Shown here: in pieces, positions 6,085 to 10,029 of the stretch
How the letters are laid out: each line of letters starts with the position of its first letter
Numbering within the stretch: the stretch's first letter is position 1
Assembly (NCBI GenBank): GCA_041687695.1
Contig: JAWLBL010000059.1
Location: forward strand, 1 to 10,029
Length of the DNA: 10,029 nucleotides
From: Myxococcota bacterium
Lineage (GTDB): Bacteria > Myxococcota_A > UBA9042 > PHBI01 > JAWLBL01
Reading direction: 5' to 3'
Notes under the pieces: generated by a model
Told to the model about the DNA's origin: nothing
What the model saw: only the letters and a program-made list of their open reading frames with translations
The model's database searches: none
Program-made: the position numbers and the translations under genes

Positions 6085-7059
6085 ATGGCGAGGCGGACAC
6101 GCATCGACTATCCGGGGGCCTGGCACCACGTGATGAACCGTGGCGCCCGTCGTGCAGAAATCTTCGTCACCGACGACCACTGCCGCCTGTTCCTCGAAGT
6201 TCTCGCCGAAACGGTCGAGCGTTCGGCGATCGAGGTAAACGCGTACTCGCTCATGCCGAATCACTACCACCTCCTGGTCAGGTCGGTCCTGGGCAACCTC
6301 TCCGAGGCGATGAAGCATCTCTCGGGGACCTACACGCAGAGGCTCAACCAGGAGTGCGGCTGGGACGGGCCCCTCTTCCGCGGGCGGTTCCGGAGTCGGG
6401 TGGTCGAGAAGGAGGAGTATGAGCGTCACCTGTTCGCCTACCTTCACCTCAATCCGGTGCGTGCTCGCCTCGTCAGGCGTCCTGACCAGGAATGCTGGAC
6501 GAGTCACCGGGCCTTCGTCGGCCTGGACGCTGCGCCCCCCTGGCTCTCGTTGGGGGAGGTGCGTCGGGTCTTCGGATCCGGCGCCGGGCTCGACGCGTTC
6601 GTGCGCGCAGTTTACTGCGGTGCCGAGCCGTGGCCGACCGGATTCGACGAGGAGGTCGACTTCTTCACTCGGAAGCGCTCGGCCGTGCCCGTGCCTACGG
6701 GTTCCCATGCGAATAGGGACGAAGCCGCTGCTGGCCCTCCTGAGTCGGGCATCTCGACCGAGACACTCCTCTATCGAATCGCCTCCATTGCCGGCGCCTC
6801 TATCGACGAACTCCGGTCCCCCTCCCACGGACGCGGAGCCAATCCGGCGCGCCGGTTCGCCGTCCTCGCCCTGCGGACCATCCCAACCCTCACGAGCCGC
6901 GACGTGGCCGGCCTGCTGGACATGTCACCCGGCCAAGTCCGCCTGGTCGCGCACAGGGGATGCCGGCCCGGAGACGAGCAGATCCGAGACTGGCTCGAAG
7001 CATGGTCGGACACCTCCAAGCCAAACACCACGCTCGGCGATACGGAAAGTGAAATATGA
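6085..7059 (+). CDS. RAYT/TnpA_REP-like Y1 HUH transposase with C-terminal DnaA-domain-IV/TrpR-like HTH
   Basis: Motifs MARRTRI..HHVMNRG, HUH LMPNHYHL, GPLFRGRFRS, catalytic YLHLNPVRA, WTSH and PPWL. C-terminal IASIAGASIDEL..ARRFAVLALR..LTSRDVAGLLDMSPGQV resembles the DnaA C-terminal HTH. Confidence 0.93.
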   Translation: MARRTRIDYPGAWHHVMNRGARRAEIFVTDDHCRLFLEVLAETVERSAIEVNAYSLMPNHYHLLVRSVLGNLSEAMKHLSGTYTQRLNQECGWDGPLFRGRFRSRVVEKEEYERHLFAYLHLNPVRARLVRRPDQECWTSHRAFVGLDAAPPWLSLGEVRRVFGSGAGLDAFVRAVYCGAEPWPTGFDEEVDFFTRKRSAVPVPTGSHANRDEAAAGPPESGISTETLLYRIASIAGASIDELRSPSHGRGANPARRFAVLALRTIPTLTSRDVAGLLDMSPGQVRLVAHRGCRPGDEQIRDWLEAWSDTSKPNTTLGDTESEI

Positions 7060-7074
7060 AACGACCTGACCCCT
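7043..7074 (-). repeat. Right inverted repeat of element B
   Basis: cggaaagtgaaatatgaaacgacctgacccct. Contains the transposase stop (TGA 7057-7059) and an ATG (7056) in frame with the P450. Confidence 0.95.
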
Positions 7075-7082
7075 GCATCGCA

Positions 7083-8495
7083 ATGCCAGGCCTGACCACC
7101 GCAGCAGAGCCATCGATCGTCGACGTCGTCGGCGACGTGGACCGGCCGACGCGCCACTTCCCGTTCGCGCGCGCGCTCGACCACCTGCCCGGCCGCTCCG
7201 GCGTCGTGAACGGCGTCCTGATGCTCCTGCGCATGGTGCGGCAGGGGGAGGCGTTCTTCACGAGCGAGCGCCAGCGCTTCGGCTCCGTGTTCCGCCTGAT
7301 GGTCGGCCCAGACCCCATCGTCTGCGTGGCGGACGCGGAGCTGAACGCGAGCATCGGCGCGAACCGGGCCGGGATCTGGTCCAGCGCGCTGCCGTGGGCG
7401 TACCTGCTGGGCGGCGTGAACCGTCGCTGGGAGAGCGTCGACGGTCCGCTCGCCACCGACGGGAGCTTTCACGACGACATCCGGCGCATCCTGCGACCGG
7501 CGTTCAACGCGGCGGCGCTCGCCGGCTACGTGCAGGACGCGACGGAGATGTTCCGCGCCCGCTTCGCGCAGTGGGAGCAGCGCGGGACGGTTCCGCTCAA
7601 GGCCGAGGTCAGACGCCTGCTCGCCGACGTGTCGGCGAAGATTTTCCTCGGCATCGACGACCCCGAGGAGGGCGCCCGGCTCGACAGCGCGACGGCGGAT
7701 GCGTGGCTCGCGCCGCAGGCCATCCTGAAACGCTCGCGCTTCAGCCCGGCGTGGCGCCGCGCGATGGACGGCTACGACCGGCTCTGGTCGTCGCTGCGAC
7801 CTCAGGTGGAGCGCCGACGCGCGGGCCAGGGGCGCGATCTCTTCAGCCGGATCTGCCAGGTCGACACCGCCGGCACGTGGATGGACGACGACGCGCTCGT
7901 CCGCATGCTGATCTCGACGATGATGGCGGCCTTCGACACGACGTCGTCGGGCATCGCGAGCATGGCGTACCTGCTGTGCAAGCACCCCGAGTGGCAGGAG
8001 CGCCTGCGCGAGGAGGCCGCGCCGCTCGCGGGGACGACGCCGGCGCCGGCCCAGTTGCTCGCGCTCGATCTGCAGGCCTGGGCCTGGAAGGAGACGCTGC
8101 GCGTGCTGCCGGTCGCCGGGCAGCTGAACCGGCAGTCGCTCGTCGAGACGGAGCTCGGCGGACACCGCGTCCCAGCCGGCGCGCTGGTGATCGCGCTGAC
8201 CGGCACGACGATGTGGGACGAGCGCTACTGGCCGGAGCCTCGCCGGTTCGACCCGCTGCGCTTCTCGCCCGAACGCGCGGAGCACAAGCGCCATCCGGGG
8301 GCGTACCTGCCGTTCGGGCTGGGCGGGCACGTGTGTCTCGGCGCGCAGATCGCGACGCTCGAGGCCGCGGCGTTCTTCTCGACCTTGCTGCAGGGCCGTC
8401 GCCTACGACTCGCGCGCGACTACGACGCCGGTCACCAGTACCTGCCGTTCGGCATCGTCTCCGGACGACTCGACACGGTCATCGAGCGCATTTGA
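7083..8495 (+). CDS. Cytochrome P450
   Basis: I-helix AAFDTT, K-helix ETLR, meander FDPLRFSPER and heme motif FGLGGHVCLG. Start uncertain: ATG 7056 lies within the IR, and ATG 7083 is the first one outside it. Confidence 0.95.
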   Translation: MPGLTTAAEPSIVDVVGDVDRPTRHFPFARALDHLPGRSGVVNGVLMLLRMVRQGEAFFTSERQRFGSVFRLMVGPDPIVCVADAELNASIGANRAGIWSSALPWAYLLGGVNRRWESVDGPLATDGSFHDDIRRILRPAFNAAALAGYVQDATEMFRARFAQWEQRGTVPLKAEVRRLLADVSAKIFLGIDDPEEGARLDSATADAWLAPQAILKRSRFSPAWRRAMDGYDRLWSSLRPQVERRRAGQGRDLFSRICQVDTAGTWMDDDALVRMLISTMMAAFDTTSSGIASMAYLLCKHPEWQERLREEAAPLAGTTPAPAQLLALDLQAWAWKETLRVLPVAGQLNRQSLVETELGGHRVPAGALVIALTGTTMWDERYWPEPRRFDPLRFSPERAEHKRHPGAYLPFGLGGHVCLGAQIATLEAAAFFSTLLQGRRLRLARDYDAGHQYLPFGIVSGRLDTVIERI

Positions 8496-8520
8496 GGCTC
8501 CCGAAGATGGAGAGATCGAA

Positions 8521-9948
8521 ATGAAGAGCGTGGGAATCGTCGGAGCGGGCGTCGCCGGCCTTACCGTCGCGCACGAGCTGCTCGAGCGCGGGTTCGCGGT
8601 GACGCTGTACGAGGCGGAGTCGTTTCCCGGCGGCAAGGCCGGCTCGGGCCGGACGCCGGACGGGCTCGTGCGCGAGCACGTGAACAAGAACTTTTCCGCG
8701 CACTATTACTGCCTGCCCGAAACGCTGAAGCGCATTCCCTGCGGGGACGGCACGACGGTGTTCGATCGCCTCGTCTCGTCGAGCACGGCGACCTGCCGCT
8801 TCCCGGACGGCTCGGAGGTCGCGATCAGCGGGCGCATGGGGATGACGCGAAAGGAGCGCTCCGCCGAGGGGCGCCGCTTCATCCGGGCGTTCGCCGCGCA
8901 GGGGCTGCCCAAGCGCGACACGCTGGCGTTCGTCGCGAAGCACGCGCGCCTGCTGTTCATGTCCCCGGCGCGTCGCGAACGCGAGCTCGGCGGCATCAGC
9001 TACGCCGACTACCTCGGTGTCGAGCGGCGCAGCCCGGCGTTGCGATACCTCGTCCAGCTCATCGAGATCAGCGCGGCGGCGAACCCCGAGGGGCCGGCGC
9101 TCGCGGCCGCGGAGCAGACGCTGCGCGTGTTCGGTCGCTTCTTCAATCCGCACGGCTCCGCGTCGATGATCAACATGCTCGACGGTCCGTCGCGTGAGCG
9201 CATGTTCGAGCCGTGGGTCGCCCATCTCCGGGGGCTGGGCGCGACGCTGCACTGCGAGGCCTCGGTCGAGGCGATCGTCGTCGACGGGGACCGTCGCGGG
9301 GTGCAGCGCGCGAGCGGCGTGGACTGGCACGACGTCGTGGTGGTGGCGACCTCGACGCCCGCGCTGCGACGCCTGCTGCCCGAGGTCGCGCCGCCGCCGC
9401 GCGCGGAGAAGTGGGCGAACGGCTTCTACTTCCTCCTGCGGGACAAGCCGCAAGGCGCGGTCGAAGGAGACCTCCGCTTCTCTCTCGGCAGCCCGTGGTC
9501 CGTGATTTCGGGCTTCCGGCAGTTCGAGGGGCGCTGGTACCTGTGGACGGCCGCGTCGAACGCGAAGACGCCGGGCAGCCTCCACGGGCGCTGCTATCCC
9601 GAGTGCACCCGGGACGAGCTCCGCGCGGAGCTGCTCGCGCAGACGGCGTTCGAGCAGCCGGAGCTCGTGGAGGACTTCTTCCCCGGGCAGGGTCTCGAGT
9701 GGGGCGACGGCCGCTGGCGCAACGCGGCGCCGCTCTTCGCCGCCACGCTCGGCGTCGACGAGGTGCCGAACCGGACCGGGACGCCGGGCGTGTACGTCGC
9801 GGGCGAGTTCACGCGCACGACGGTGAAGGTCGCCACGATGGAGAAGGCGAACGAGTCCGGAAAGCGCTGCTCCGCTGCGATTTGCGCGGCCTTCGGCGTG
9901 GCGTATCCGGAGGCGAAATACGCGTACGACCGTTACTCCTCGCCGTAG
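8521..9948 (+). CDS. FAD-dependent oxidoreductase (amine oxidase / carotenoid desaturase-like superfamily)
   Basis: GGAG RBS; Rossmann motif VGAGVAGL..YEA..PGGKA; C-terminal VAGEFTRT..ATMEKANESG FAD-contact motif. Starts 25 nt after the P450 stop, so probably co-transcribed. Confidence 0.9.
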   Translation: MKSVGIVGAGVAGLTVAHELLERGFAVTLYEAESFPGGKAGSGRTPDGLVREHVNKNFSAHYYCLPETLKRIPCGDGTTVFDRLVSSSTATCRFPDGSEVAISGRMGMTRKERSAEGRRFIRAFAAQGLPKRDTLAFVAKHARLLFMSPARRERELGGISYADYLGVERRSPALRYLVQLIEISAAANPEGPALAAAEQTLRVFGRFFNPHGSASMINMLDGPSRERMFEPWVAHLRGLGATLHCEASVEAIVVDGDRRGVQRASGVDWHDVVVVATSTPALRRLLPEVAPPPRAEKWANGFYFLLRDKPQGAVEGDLRFSLGSPWSVISGFRQFEGRWYLWTAASNAKTPGSLHGRCYPECTRDELRAELLAQTAFEQPELVEDFFPGQGLEWGDGRWRNAAPLFAATLGVDEVPNRTGTPGVYVAGEFTRTTVKVATMEKANESGKRCSAAICAAFGVAYPEAKYAYDRYSSP

Positions 9949-10029
9949 CCCATGCCCGGGCCCCCCAGTCGTGTGCTTCAATCACCGCGGAGGCGTGTGG
10001 GCTGGAGCCGCGCCGTAGCGCGCGGCCGG

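Larger units (their letters stand above)
5957..7074 (+). mobile_element. RAYT-like element B: intact Y1 HUH transposase bounded by 32-bp inverted repeats (1118 bp)
   Basis: Left IR 5957-5988 and right IR 7043-7074 match 31/32. A single transposase ORF fills the interior. No target-site duplication. Confidence 0.88.

Noticed and set aside
3043..7074. Classical DDE insertion sequence or IS200/IS605 (TnpA+TnpB) element
   Set aside because: The proteins carry RAYT-type HUH/Y1 motifs with no DDE triad. There is no tnpB and no flanking target-site duplication.
6771..9981. Long antisense ORFs 6771..8330 and 8479..9981
   Set aside because: Arg/Ala-rich shadow frames opposite the well-supported P450 and oxidoreductase genes.
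9949..10029. Terminator or next gene after the oxidoreductase
   Set aside because: No convincing stem with U-tract or supported ORF start before the window ends.

Overview
High-GC bacterial window. The Cys-rich and acidic-linker lipoproteins suggest a Myxococcota/deltaproteobacterial-type genome (inference). It holds three Y1-HUH (RAYT/TnpA_REP-like) transposase loci within about 7 kb, interleaved with passenger genes. The first is a remnant (~89-230) broken at an AGGGGTCAGG motif. The second (3175-3852) appears internally deleted and is bracketed by doubled, nested ~30-bp inverted repeats. The third is intact (6085-7059), has a DnaA-like C-terminal HTH, and lies inside 32-bp near-perfect inverted repeats (5957-7074). 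The inverted repeats of the two larger elements share the outer consensus AGGGGYCASGTC, have element-specific AT-rich inner halves, and show no target-site duplication. Each element has a 9-10-bp tandem duplication against its upstream end. The passengers are two divergent paralogous lipoproteins (minus strand), a Cys-rich Kazal/DxDGDG lipoprotein, and a cytochrome P450 + FAD-oxidoreductase pair. All alignments and counts were done by eye; no database searches were run.
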